Origin: Deltaproteobacteria bacterium
GTDB lineage: Bacteria > JACQOV01
Reading direction: 5' to 3'
NCBI GenBank assembly: GCA_016202395.1
Contig: JACQOV010000100.1
Span: forward strand, 1-39,188
Length of the DNA stretch: 39,188 nucleotides
Positions 20,190 to 29,304 of this stretch are shown here, piece by piece (within the stretch, counting starts at the first letter, position 1; every line of letters begins with the position of its first letter). A program made the position numbers and the translations under genes. The notes beneath the pieces were generated by a model, which saw only the letters and a program-made list of their open reading frames with translations, did no database searches and was not told the origin of the DNA.

Positions 20190-22434
20190 GGCTTTTTTGA
20201 GTTTAATCTCTCTTCTCATCCTCTCTTGGGCGTCGGCCGCTGATGATGTGCAGGAGCGCGTTCAAAGGACTGCGTTTATCTTGAACGTCACGATTCAGGA
20301 ATATAAAGAAGGAGTAGAGGCCGGAGAGATTGTTAATTCCATAGAATACGAAGAAGCGCTCAGTTTCTTCAACGAAGCCGGAAAGCAGTTTGAAAGTTTA
20401 AAAAATACCGTCTCGTTAGATCCCGCGGTTCAGTCCGATCTCGATCAACGTTTGCAACTCCTCTCCCAATGGATTCAAGAGCGGGCCGACGAAGGGATGT
20501 TGGCTTCATTTTCAGCTCAGTGGGGGGAAGATCTCGCAAAAGCTTTTAAAGTGGGTCTCAATCTTCTACCGAAAGGAAAACCCTCCATAAGTTCTGGAGC
20601 CAAGCTTTATCAGGAAAAGTGTTCTCTCTGTCATGGCTCCATGGGGGGAGGAGATGGCCCCGCTGCGGCAGGTTTGGAGCCGAAGCCGGCCCACTTTAAT
20701 GATCCCGAGCGGATGGGGAATCGCTCGCCTCAAGATCTTTTTCAGATTATTACTGTCGGAATTAAAGGGACATCGATGGTGGCTTGGGAGAATCAACTCA
20801 GTGAGGTCGAGCGATGGGATCTTGCCTCCATTTTGCACCTCTTTTTGGGTTCTCCCGATATATTGGCAAGAGGGGAGAAGGTTCACCCATCATTGAAGGA
20901 TCAACTCCCTTCTTCTTTTCAAGATTGGCAACAACTTTTGCAATGGAGCGACGATGAGTTTGTTATTCAATTCAATGAGCAGATACCAAATCATTCTTAC
21001 ACGACCGAGGATCTTCGCGCGCTCGCTTTGTATCTCCGCTCTCAGACCCTCTCCGGAGAGGGATTTCTAAAAGAATCTTCAGGAGTGGATGGAGTGGAAT
21101 CAACCCTCACTACAGTTCGTCAAACGTTGGGAGCGGCCCTCGATCGGTATCGCCAGCGGGATATCGACGAGGCCAAATCCTTAGCCTTGGATGCTTATCT
21201 CCATTTCGAAGCGGTCGAATCAAAACTCCGCGTGAAAGATCCAGAGTTGGCAAGCGAGCTCGAAATGAAATTTTCGGAGATCCAAATAGGGATATCCGAT
21301 CGACGGCCCTGGGATGAAATCGATGAAAAGGGGGATGAGATCTTCCATGGGTTGAATGCCACCCAACAGATTTTAAGCGAGAAAAGCTCTCCTTCTATCC
21401 TTTTCGTTCAGTCCCTCTCCATTATTGTTCGCGAGGGATTTGAGGCGATGTTAATTATCGCCGCTTTGATCGCATTCCTCCTTCGATTACAACACAAGGA
21501 TAAACTCCGTTTTGTTTATTGGGGAACCGGCATTGGAGTTCTGGCTTCCTTCTTAACGGCATGGTTATTACAAGGACTTTTTACGATCTCTCCGGCGAAT
21601 CAAGAGGTTTTAGAAGGGATGACGATGCTGGTTGCTGTTGCAGTCCTCTTCTATGTTTCCCACTGGATCTTGGCAAAAGCGGAGGTCGAAAAATGGCAGG
21701 AATTTATCCAGAAGCGGACTCAAAGCGCTTTAAAGACAGGGAGTGGAATCGCTTTGGGCTTTGTTGCTTTTTTAGCGGTGTATCGCGAGGGATTTGAAAC
21801 CGTCCTTTTCTACAATGCCCTTTTTGGCTTTGCTGAGAATGGAACATTCCCCGTGGTCTCTGGTTTTGGGGTAGGGCTTCTAGTCCTCCTGGCCCTCTTT
21901 CTTCTTTTTTATCGCTTTCAGGTGAAGATCCCTCTGCGCGAATTTTTCCTCGTTACCAGTTTCATCCTTTACTTCTTAGCTTTTGTTTTCATGGGGCGTG
22001 GACTCCATGAACTTCAAGAGGCCGGTTGGCTGGCAGCACGAGGAATTCCTGGGGTCCCTGCAATTCCATTCTTGGGACTCTATCCCACCTTTGAAACGGT
22101 TTTGGGCCAATCGCTTTTGTTGTTCGCTTTGTTACTGGGGGTCCTCTATGTTTTTGTGATTCAACCCGGGGGCGAAAGGAAAAAACTTTTACAACAGACG
22201 CGCCATATCGAAAAGGATATGATGACACTCCATGCGATGCAAGAAGAGATCTCGCGTCGAGTCGAACAATATCAGAAGATAGCGGCAGTTCCCCCTGACA
22301 TTCTAAAAGAGCTTCAAGACCTCGACACCAAAATCCATGAGCTGATGGATCATGCAAGCCATCTCGAGTCCGAACTCCTCGATTATTTTGAAGAGCTTGG
22401 CGCCAAAACCTGGGGCGCCATCCATAGAAAATAA
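20179..22434 (+). CDS. Cytochrome c / FTR1-family iron permease fusion
   Basis: CSLCH heme motif followed by GTSM; two RExxE motifs (VREGFE, YREGFE); GLHELQEAG; multiple TMs. Confidence 0.9.
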   Translation: MGTKAFLSLISLLILSWASAADDVQERVQRTAFILNVTIQEYKEGVEAGEIVNSIEYEEALSFFNEAGKQFESLKNTVSLDPAVQSDLDQRLQLLSQWIQERADEGMLASFSAQWGEDLAKAFKVGLNLLPKGKPSISSGAKLYQEKCSLCHGSMGGGDGPAAAGLEPKPAHFNDPERMGNRSPQDLFQIITVGIKGTSMVAWENQLSEVERWDLASILHLFLGSPDILARGEKVHPSLKDQLPSSFQDWQQLLQWSDDEFVIQFNEQIPNHSYTTEDLRALALYLRSQTLSGEGFLKESSGVDGVESTLTTVRQTLGAALDRYRQRDIDEAKSLALDAYLHFEAVESKLRVKDPELASELEMKFSEIQIGISDRRPWDEIDEKGDEIFHGLNATQQILSEKSSPSILFVQSLSIIVREGFEAMLIIAALIAFLLRLQHKDKLRFVYWGTGIGVLASFLTAWLLQGLFTISPANQEVLEGMTMLVAVAVLFYVSHWILAKAEVEKWQEFIQKRTQSALKTGSGIALGFVAFLAVYREGFETVLFYNALFGFAENGTFPVVSGFGVGLLVLLALFLLFYRFQVKIPLREFFLVTSFILYFLAFVFMGRGLHELQEAGWLAARGIPGVPAIPFLGLYPTFETVLGQSLLLFALLLGVLYVFVIQPGGERKKLLQQTRHIEKDMMTLHAMQEEISRRVEQYQKIAAVPPDILKELQDLDTKIHELMDHASHLESELLDYFEELGAKTWGAIHRK

Positions 22435-22908
22435 TTACGGCTTCTTCGCTAAATAAACCACGTCGTGGTCTCGGGCGTGGTCCACGACCCTGATTCCAAA
22501 GCCATCCCCTGGCTTGGCCGTTTGAACTTTCTGATGTTCAATCTCCATGGACTCCACCATCTGGTAAAAATCGGAGGTGTGCCCTTTTATGTGAATCCGA
22601 TCCCCCACGGAGAGAGAGCCCTTATCGAGTTCCACCACCGCAACCTGAAGATGACTGTAATAGTGGATTACTTTTCCTACCGGGATCTCCCCTTTAGGAA
22701 CAGGGGGAACTGCCGGTGGAGGAGAGGGTTTGGTTTTCTTGAGTTTAGGAGCCGGAGCCTTTTTTACTTTTTTGGCTTTTGGGGCGGCCTTTTGGGTGAC
22801 CTTCTTTGTGATCTTCTTTTTGGCTTTGGCCGCTTTTTTCTTTGGAGCGGCTCGTTTCTTTAAGGTTTTTAGGGTCTTTTTGGCCTTCTTCTTTGCGCGT
22901 TTTTTCAT
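22435..22908 (-). CDS. Lys/Ala-rich histone-H1-like N-terminus fused to an EF-Tu domain II-like beta-barrel ('translation elongation factor-like' protein)
   Basis: ATG 22908 after AGGAG; ~60 aa of K/A/P low complexity, then VGKVIHYYSHLQVAVVEL...VGDRIHIKG...VESMEIEH...GIRV. Confidence 0.75.
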   Translation of the reverse strand: MKKRAKKKAKKTLKTLKKRAAPKKKAAKAKKKITKKVTQKAAPKAKKVKKAPAPKLKKTKPSPPPAVPPVPKGEIPVGKVIHYYSHLQVAVVELDKGSLSVGDRIHIKGHTSDFYQMVESMEIEHQKVQTAKPGDGFGIRVVDHARDHDVVYLAKKP

Positions 22909-23036
22909 GGAAGCACTCCTTGTTTTGGCGTTTCGGCGTAACATATCAAAACCAAAGACGATTGTAAATTAGTGTTGCGCTAGATTTTGGGGTTTATTTC
23001 GTGGTATGAGGATGGAACACGAAAAGGAGGGGTTTT

Positions 23037-23738
23037 ATGCCCGATTCTTGGCCAGATTCTTGCATGGTTCAGGTTGATTCAGTTCGGAAGAGTTATCGGA
23101 TGGGAGAGGTGGATACGCCTGTTTTGGAAGATGTTTCTCTCCAAATTCGTCAGGGGGAGTGGGTGGTTATCCTGGGGGTTTCAGGTTCGGGAAAGACCAC
23201 TTTGCTCAATCTAATTGGGGCCTTAGATCGCCCCGATTCGGGCAAGGTTACCGTGGATGGGGAGGAGATTAGCCACCTCAATCGTTGGGAGAGGACCGAT
23301 TTCCGCCGTCGAAAAGTTGGTTTTATCTTTCAGTTCTATAATCTGATCCCAACGCTCACGGCTCAAGAAAACGTGGAGACGGTGTTGGAGCTCATCGGAA
23401 TTCGGGGAGAAGCCCTGCACGCGCGCGCGAGAGGCTATCTGGAGGCGGTGGGGTTAAAAGGGAAGGAAGAAAAATTCCCCTCTCAGCTCTCCGGTGGAGA
23501 ACAGCAAAGGGTGGCCATTGCCCGAGCTTTAGCCAAAGAGCCGAGTCTGGTGTTGGCCGATGAGCCGACAGGGAACCTCGATGAGCGGACCAGTAATCAG
23601 GTGATCGAGCTGATGTCGGAGCTTAAAAAACGGACTGGAACTACCTTTGTGATCGTGACTCACAACCGCAAGCTTGGAGAGATTGCCGACCGAGTGGTGG
23701 AGTTGCATCTAGGGCGCGTTGTGGAGGCCAAAGCTTGA
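23037..23738 (+). CDS. ABC transporter ATP-binding protein (LolD/MacB type)
   Basis: [46 protein letters not shown]. Confidence 0.93.
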   Translation: MPDSWPDSCMVQVDSVRKSYRMGEVDTPVLEDVSLQIRQGEWVVILGVSGSGKTTLLNLIGALDRPDSGKVTVDGEEISHLNRWERTDFRRRKVGFIFQFYNLIPTLTAQENVETVLELIGIRGEALHARARGYLEAVGLKGKEEKFPSQLSGGEQQRVAIARALAKEPSLVLADEPTGNLDERTSNQVIELMSELKKRTGTTFVIVTHNRKLGEIADRVVELHLGRVVEAKA

Positions 23739-26098
23739 ATAAACTTTGGCTCAAGTCGATTCGAGATCTTCGGCAGATGTGGGGACGCGCTCTTCTGATT
23801 GCCCTCGTCGTGGGGATTGGGCTCTCTGTTTTTATTGGAATCAAAGCCTCCGTTTATAGTTTCGTTCGAACTCGCGACACCCTTTTCAACGAGCTGGCTC
23901 TGGCCGACCTTGAGATTATTGCGCAACCCCTGGCGCTCGAAGAGATCCCGGATTGGTCTCACATTCCCGGTGTGATCTCGTGGGACAAACGGTTGGTCAG
24001 CATGGGTCATATCCCGTTGCGTTCTGGGAAGACTCTGGCTACCGCCGTCTACTATCTTGATTCTGAACCCACGTTAGATCGTTTTCGAATCCTGGAGGGA
24101 AATTCTTTCCAAAAAGGGGATCTTTCACAGGGGGTGATGGAACAGGGATTGCAGAGGTATCATGGCTTTCAGGTCGGAGACTCCTTAGAGCTTGAATCGA
24201 AAGGGGGGACTCAGACCCTTAAAATTGTGGGATCCGTTTTGGCTCCAGAGTTTTTGATGGGAACGATGGATCCAAATCTTTTCGTTCCCCTCAAGGGGAG
24301 TTTGGGGGTGGTCTATCTTCCGATCGATCATGTGATCGATCTCTTCGGTTATCCTTTGTACAACAGCTTCCTTTTCCGGATCGATCCCAAAGCCGATTTT
24401 GAGAAGGTGAAGCGAGAGATTCTAAAAACCTTAGAGGGAACCCCTATCCGTCGTGTTTTGCCTAAGGCGCAGCAGCCCAGCTATCAACACCTTCAAGACG
24501 ACGTTCGAGCCATCGGTTCCTATGCCGATGCGATGGTTCTCATCTTTTCATTGGTCGCTTTTTTGGCGACCTTCCTTTCGGTGAATCGTCTGATCCAATC
24601 GCAGCGGGTGGAGATCGGCGCTTTGAGAGCTTTAGGATTCTCCACCTTTTCCATCGCTCTTTCTTACGTTTTTCTGAGCCTCGTTTTGGCGTTAGGTGGG
24701 GCTATTTTAGGAGTGCCTGCTTCCTATTGGATCCGACATCTCTTTACGCAAGTCTATCTGGAGTCGCATGGCCTTGCGATCCTCTATGGCTGGACGCCAT
24801 TGGGGACGATTCTGAAAGGAATGGTATTGGGGTGGGTTGTCACTCTTTTAGGTGTGTTGGTTCCTCTCATCGGTTTACTTCTCAAAGAGCCTCAGGAAAT
24901 TTTAAGACCCCGATCGGTTCGTGGCAAAGGGCGCTGGATTCGTGGATGGAGGCGGTTGGAGCAGGGACTCCCTCCGATCCCCGCTGGGGTCCGATTGGGA
25001 GTGCGAAACCTTTGGCGTCATCCGGGGTTGGTTGCCACCACATTGGTGTCGATCTCCTTTTCGATCGCCGCTGGTATCGGTTTTTCTATCGGGAATAACT
25101 CTCTCTATCGGACTTCCGATAAAATCTTGGCTGCGCAGAAGTGGACCCTGTTTCTCGACTTTAATGAACTCCTAGAGCCGGAAGGGTACAAACCTCTGTT
25201 GGAGTTGGAGGTGGTAGAGCAGTTTGAGCCTTATCTCCGAGGATACGTGGAGGTTTTTCATGACAGCCATTCCGTAGGACAGATGGCCGCAGGGCAGAGA
25301 GTGATGGGGATTCCTTCGGGAGATTCGATGAATCATCTCGATCTGATTCAAGGGCGGACCTTTGAGGCCGATCGCTTCGAGGTGGTGATCAATCGGTCGC
25401 TTGCGGATCGTTTAGGGGTTTGGATCGGAGATAGTGTGATTCTTGAAGGATCCCAGGGGAGGGACGATTTCATGGTGGTTGGAGTGGTTAGCAACTTTAC
25501 GTTACACACCGTATTTGCGCCATTGCCGAAGGTTCAGTCCATTTTAGGCCTCGAGGACTTCGCTTCAGGGGCTATGGTTCAAGCGGATCGTTCAGATGCG
25601 GTTGAAAGAATTTATCAGATGCCGATGGTGGGAGGGATTTTAACGAAACAGGAGTTTGAGAAAGCGACAGAGGAGATGCGCCAAGAGTTTGGCCGAATGG
25701 TGCGGCTTGCGCGATCCGTCAGCGTCGTCATCGCGCTCCTTTTTATTTTTTCGACGTTGATGTTGGGGGCTTTTGAGCGCGAGGAGGAGTACGCAACCCT
25801 TCAGGCCCTCGGTTTTGGCAGGACCGACTTTCGAAGGATGCTCTCGATAGAGTTGGTGGTGCAAGCGATCATAGGTTTAACGTTGAGTATCCCATTGGCT
25901 CTGACGATTGGAGACTTTTTGGTCTTCCAGCTGAACAAAGCCTGGGGGGTGAACCTCCATCCCTATCCGCGTGTGACCGATTTCTTCTCCGTTTTCGTTC
26001 CTGCGATTTTGGTCCTTCCCTTCACGATGATCCCCATCTTGATCTTTGTGTATCGCATCGATCTGGTCCAAGCCGTCCGCCGCCGAATTTTGGGCTAA
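23735..26098 (+). CDS. ABC transporter permease (MacB/FtsX type, duplicated halves)
   Basis: Two repeats of TM + periplasmic domain + 3 [15 protein letters not shown] and [14 protein letters not shown]. Confidence 0.88.
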   Translation: MNKLWLKSIRDLRQMWGRALLIALVVGIGLSVFIGIKASVYSFVRTRDTLFNELALADLEIIAQPLALEEIPDWSHIPGVISWDKRLVSMGHIPLRSGKTLATAVYYLDSEPTLDRFRILEGNSFQKGDLSQGVMEQGLQRYHGFQVGDSLELESKGGTQTLKIVGSVLAPEFLMGTMDPNLFVPLKGSLGVVYLPIDHVIDLFGYPLYNSFLFRIDPKADFEKVKREILKTLEGTPIRRVLPKAQQPSYQHLQDDVRAIGSYADAMVLIFSLVAFLATFLSVNRLIQSQRVEIGALRALGFSTFSIALSYVFLSLVLALGGAILGVPASYWIRHLFTQVYLESHGLAILYGWTPLGTILKGMVLGWVVTLLGVLVPLIGLLLKEPQEILRPRSVRGKGRWIRGWRRLEQGLPPIPAGVRLGVRNLWRHPGLVATTLVSISFSIAAGIGFSIGNNSLYRTSDKILAAQKWTLFLDFNELLEPEGYKPLLELEVVEQFEPYLRGYVEVFHDSHSVGQMAAGQRVMGIPSGDSMNHLDLIQGRTFEADRFEVVINRSLADRLGVWIGDSVILEGSQGRDDFMVVGVVSNFTLHTVFAPLPKVQSILGLEDFASGAMVQADRSDAVERIYQMPMVGGILTKQEFEKATEEMRQEFGRMVRLARSVSVVIALLFIFSTLMLGAFEREEEYATLQALGFGRTDFRRMLSIELVVQAIIGLTLSIPLALTIGDFLVFQLNKAWGVNLHPYPRVTDFFSVFVPAILVLPFTMIPILIFVYRIDLVQAVRRRILG

Positions 26099-26118
26099 GA
26101 GGGATCGACATCCTAAAT

Positions 26119-26148
26119 TTGACACGGAGGGGGCTGTGGGGGTATAAC
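26119..26148 (+). promoter_or_regulatory. Putative sigma70 promoter of the USP gene
   Basis: TTGACA-N18-TATAAC, followed by GGAGG and ATG 26168. Confidence 0.5.
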
Positions 26149-26167
26149 TCCCCTCACTGGAGGCTCT

Positions 26168-26614
26168 ATGGGCACAATGCTTCGAGTCAAAAAGATCTTG
26201 GTTCCTACCGATTTTTCTTCACATTCCGCTTTTGCTTTAGATATCGCGCAGCAGATCGCGAAGCGTTTTCACGCGAAGCTCTCTCTTTTGCATGTTTTAA
26301 TAGAACCTGCGTTCGGAATCTATGTCCCTCAAACCATCTCGGAGGGGGAACTCCGAGAAGCGGGTTTCCAAGAGGCGAAACGCCAGATGGCCCGGTTCTT
26401 AAAAAAAAGCGGAAGCAAAATTTCTCCGCGCAGTGTTGTTTATCGCTGGGGGTTATCCAGCGTTCAAATCTTGAAATTTGCTAAAGAGGAGAAAATGGAT
26501 CTCATCGTGATGGGTTCACTGGGTTGCACCAACATTTTGGATTACCTGATTGGCTCTACTGCGGAGCATGTGGTGCGTCACTCGAAGGTCCCGGTCCTCG
26601 TCGTCCGCGGTTAA
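26168..26614 (+). CDS. Universal stress protein (UspA family)
   Basis: KKILVPTDFS, DLIVMGSLG, GSTAEHVVRHSKVPVLVVR. Confidence 0.93.
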   Translation: MGTMLRVKKILVPTDFSSHSAFALDIAQQIAKRFHAKLSLLHVLIEPAFGIYVPQTISEGELREAGFQEAKRQMARFLKKSGSKISPRSVVYRWGLSSVQILKFAKEEKMDLIVMGSLGCTNILDYLIGSTAEHVVRHSKVPVLVVRG

Positions 26615-26671
26615 ACACCCCATTGCAAACAGGTTGGTGTTGGTGGTACAATCTCATCACTTCCAAACTTT

Positions 26672-27313
26672 ATGCAAAGGCTTGTTCGGGGGATTCAAGG
26701 ATTCTCCCTCATCCTTTTTATCTGGATCTCTACGGAGGTGATCCCGTTCCCTCCGGATTTAAGGGCACTCCCTTCTTTTTTCACACTTCGAGCCTTGCTA
26801 GGAATCCATCCTGTTTTGGGAGAGATCCCGACATGGGTATGGATCTTTATCGCCTTTTTTTCTTTGGGAGCCGCTCTTTGGCCAGCAAGGAATCAACCCA
26901 TTCAACGGTGGACGACCGGATTGATTGTGTGCGGTTTGCTGGGAATCCCCCTGTATGTTTTGTTCAAAGGGGAGAGTTGGGGGAGCTATCTGTGGTCGTT
27001 TCACCTTTTGACATTCATGGGGGCGAATCTGTGGATTCGAGATCCGGACTATCTTTATGCCGCGTTGTTGGGAGGGGCGTGTTTTGATTTGATTGCAGCC
27101 TCGCGGGCTTTAGCTCAGGGGCTTGCAACGATCCCCCAGTTTTACGCAAGAGCGGTTTCACCCACAACAATTACGGTTGTGGATTCCGCTTTTGCTGTGG
27201 CTGTTTTTATTCTTTGGATCGCCCCTATTCGAAGAGAAACTCCGAAGGCGGCAGGAAATCTGGGAGATTCTAGCCGAGTGGTGTGGCGAAACGAGGCCCC
27301 TCCTTCTTCTTAA
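26672..27313 (+). CDS. Hypothetical multi-pass membrane protein
   Basis: 213-aa ORF with ~6 hydrophobic segments; upstream TTGCAA-N18-TACAAT (26623-26652). Confidence 0.55.
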   Translation: MQRLVRGIQGFSLILFIWISTEVIPFPPDLRALPSFFTLRALLGIHPVLGEIPTWVWIFIAFFSLGAALWPARNQPIQRWTTGLIVCGLLGIPLYVLFKGESWGSYLWSFHLLTFMGANLWIRDPDYLYAALLGGACFDLIAASRALAQGLATIPQFYARAVSPTTITVVDSAFAVAVFILWIAPIRRETPKAAGNLGDSSRVVWRNEAPPSS

Positions 27314-27316
27314 CCC

Positions 27317-28081
27317 CTATCCTGCCATTGTTAGTCCGCCGCTCACACTCAACACCTGCCCCGTAATAAAACTAGCCTCATCGGAAGCAAGGAAAGCCAC
27401 TGCGGAAGCGATATCTTGCGGTGTCCCTGTTCGCCCTAGAGGAATCGATTTTTCAATGGCGGCCATCACCTTGGCTCCTCTCTCGCTCTTCTTCATCTCC
27501 CCCAGAAGCGCTGTTTCTGTGGGCCCTGGGCAGATCACGTTAACGGTGACGTGATATCGCGCGACTTCCCGCGCCAAGGCTTTCGAGAAAGCGATAACCC
27601 CTCCTTTCGTGGCGGAGTAAACCACCTCCCCCATGCTCCCCACGCGTCCGGCGTCGGAGGCGATATTGATGATTCGACCGCCATTGTTCGGAATCATGGC
27701 TGTCTTGAGAATAGTATGAGCGCAGTAGATCGGCCCTTTCAGATTGATTCCCAGGAGTCGATCCCAAGTGTCGGGTGAGTTATCGACAAAAAACTCGAAG
27801 CGGTCCCAGCCGGCGTTGTTTACCAAGATGTCGATTTGACCGAAGGCCTCTAAAGCTCTTGCAGCAAGGGTCTGGCATTGCGAGTCGTCGCTCACATCGG
27901 TTTTGCAAACAATCGCGCGCCGGCCGATCTTTCCAATCTCTAAGGCGGTCTGTTCCGCGATAGACTCATTGCAATCGGCAATAACCACCTCCGCCCCTCG
28001 CTCCGCCAGTTTAAGGGCAATCCCTTTGCCGATTCCTTGAGCTCCTCCTGTTACTACGGCGACTTTCCCATCTAATTTCAT
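27317..28081 (-). CDS. Short-chain dehydrogenase/reductase (BadH/FabG-like acyl-CoA alcohol dehydrogenase)
   Basis: TGGAQGIG, NNAGWD, ASDAGRVGS, YSATK, CPGPTET; ATG 28081 after GGAGG. Confidence 0.88.
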   Translation of the reverse strand: MKLDGKVAVVTGGAQGIGKGIALKLAERGAEVVIADCNESIAEQTALEIGKIGRRAIVCKTDVSDDSQCQTLAARALEAFGQIDILVNNAGWDRFEFFVDNSPDTWDRLLGINLKGPIYCAHTILKTAMIPNNGGRIINIASDAGRVGSMGEVVYSATKGGVIAFSKALAREVARYHVTVNVICPGPTETALLGEMKKSERGAKVMAAIEKSIPLGRTGTPQDIASAVAFLASDEASFITGQVLSVSGGLTMAG

Positions 28082-28083
28082 CG

Positions 28084-28989
28084 TTACATCCTCCATCGGT
28101 CATGAACCCAAAACCACATCTCCGGATATTTTCGAATCGTGGCGTCGAGTGCCTCGTTGCATTTCTGGGTCAGAGCGTACACATCCTTCTCTCGATCTCC
28201 GGTGGGGGTGTATTGGATGGGGGCCTCGTAAATGGCTCGCCACCGCGTATTCCCAAGGGGTTGTGGATAGAAGTGCATGATAGAAGATCCCGTATCCAGA
28301 GCTAATTCTGCGAGATGCCGATTGGTCAGAGCCGGCTGGCCCAGAAAAGGGACTATAATCCCTCCTCGCAGGGGCTGGCTTCTCTGATCGAGAAGAATCG
28401 CGATCATTTCGTTGTGGAGTAAAATCTCCTTCAATCGTGGAAGAGCCCCTTTTGCGTAAACCACTCCGACGCTTCCCGAACATCGGAGTCCATCGATCAA
28501 TCGATCCAATAGAGGATTCTTGAGAGAACGAGCCACATAATGGATTGGAAGCCCTTGATACCCCGCGCCGACTGCGAGGAGCTCCGCGTTTCCGATATGT
28601 CCTAGCAAAATAATCACACCGCCTTTTTTTCGAGCCTCGCTGATCCGACGCCATGATTCGGGATCTCGTTCAATAAATCGTTCATAGTTTTGAGCGTTGA
28701 TGTGACGGGCCCAAAGGATCTCAAAAAGAGAGTTGGAAAAGTTTTGAAAAGAGGCTTTGGCGATGGCCCGTTTCTCTTTCTCGGTTTTGGTAGCTCCGTA
28801 AACGTGGTCGAGATTTTTTAAGGCGAGCTTCCTGCGCGAGAAAATCAGCCAATAGCAAAGCGTTCCGATCCCTTTGGCAAGGGCCGACCACACGGAGCGG
28901 GGAAGAAGATGGATGAAACGATGCAAGAGATAGATGGGGAGATAAACCGCCCAATGGCGCCAACGAATGGTTTCTGTTTTGGAATTCAT
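28084..28989 (-). CDS. LpxL/HtrB-family (lipid A/lysophospholipid) acyltransferase
   Basis: HIGNAE (HxxxxE), LLDQ, VPFLGQPA, PEMWFWVHDRW. Confidence 0.85.
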   Translation of the reverse strand: MNSKTETIRWRHWAVYLPIYLLHRFIHLLPRSVWSALAKGIGTLCYWLIFSRRKLALKNLDHVYGATKTEKEKRAIAKASFQNFSNSLFEILWARHINAQNYERFIERDPESWRRISEARKKGGVIILLGHIGNAELLAVGAGYQGLPIHYVARSLKNPLLDRLIDGLRCSGSVGVVYAKGALPRLKEILLHNEMIAILLDQRSQPLRGGIIVPFLGQPALTNRHLAELALDTGSSIMHFYPQPLGNTRWRAIYEAPIQYTPTGDREKDVYALTQKCNEALDATIRKYPEMWFWVHDRWRM

Positions 28990-28997
28990 GGAGGGGG

Positions 28998-29006
28998 ATT
29001 ATAGCA
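28998..29006 (-). promoter_or_regulatory. Extended -10 promoter element, giving a near-leaderless acyltransferase mRNA
   Basis: Minus strand TGcTATAAT, then 8 nt, then ATG 28989; no Shine-Dalgarno. Confidence 0.55.
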
Positions 29007-29013
29007 CGATAAA

Positions 29014-29191
29014 GGGCGCCTCTAAAAACTATGTTCGTAACGAAAAATCACAATCTAGGCCGAGCCAAGGAAGATGAGCAAAAAGCCCGCAAACGTACCT
29101 GGAAGGTACGTTGAGGACTTTTTGTAAAATCTGACGCAGGCGCAGGCCAGAGTGTGATTTTTCGTTACGAACATAGTTTTTAGAGGCGCCC
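29014..29191. mobile_element. Non-autonomous MITE-like element, 178 bp
   Basis: Perfect 39-bp TIRs (GGGCGCCTCTAAAAACTATGTTCGTAACGAAAAATCACA, 29014-29052 / 29153-29191); flanking TAAA direct repeats (29010-13, 29192-95); apical AACGTACC-tggaa-GGTACGTT. Confidence 0.85.
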
Positions 29192-29192
29192 T

Positions 29193-29262
29193 AAAGAAAA
29201 GGGTCGAAGGCCTTGCTAGGGCTGAGGTGGGGTTTATGGTAGGGAGAGGCCCCCGACCCAAC
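29193..29262 (-). ncRNA. Candidate sigma54-dependent small RNA (~70 nt; single stem with C-rich loop and U tail)
   Basis: Starts at the predicted +1 of a -24/-12 promoter; 13-bp stem GGGUCGGGGGCCU/AGGCCUUCGACCC, 33-nt C-rich loop, then UUUUCUUU. Confidence 0.55.
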
Positions 29263-29272
29263 TGATTTACAA

Positions 29273-29288
29273 TGCAATTGTCATGCCA
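29273..29288 (-). promoter_or_regulatory. Sigma54 (-24/-12) promoter
   Basis: Minus strand TGGCAT-GACAA-TTGCA, GG-N10-GC spacing. Confidence 0.7.
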
Positions 29289-29304
29289 ACTCAGGGCATG
29301 TTTA

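Noticed and set aside
22465-22972. Phe-rich plus-strand ORFs resembling membrane proteins
   Set aside because: Antisense reflection of the Lys-rich gene on the minus strand
26524-27087. 187-aa alternative-frame ORF with CGAC
   Set aside because: Overlaps the USP and the membrane-protein ORF out of frame; no supporting RBS or domain
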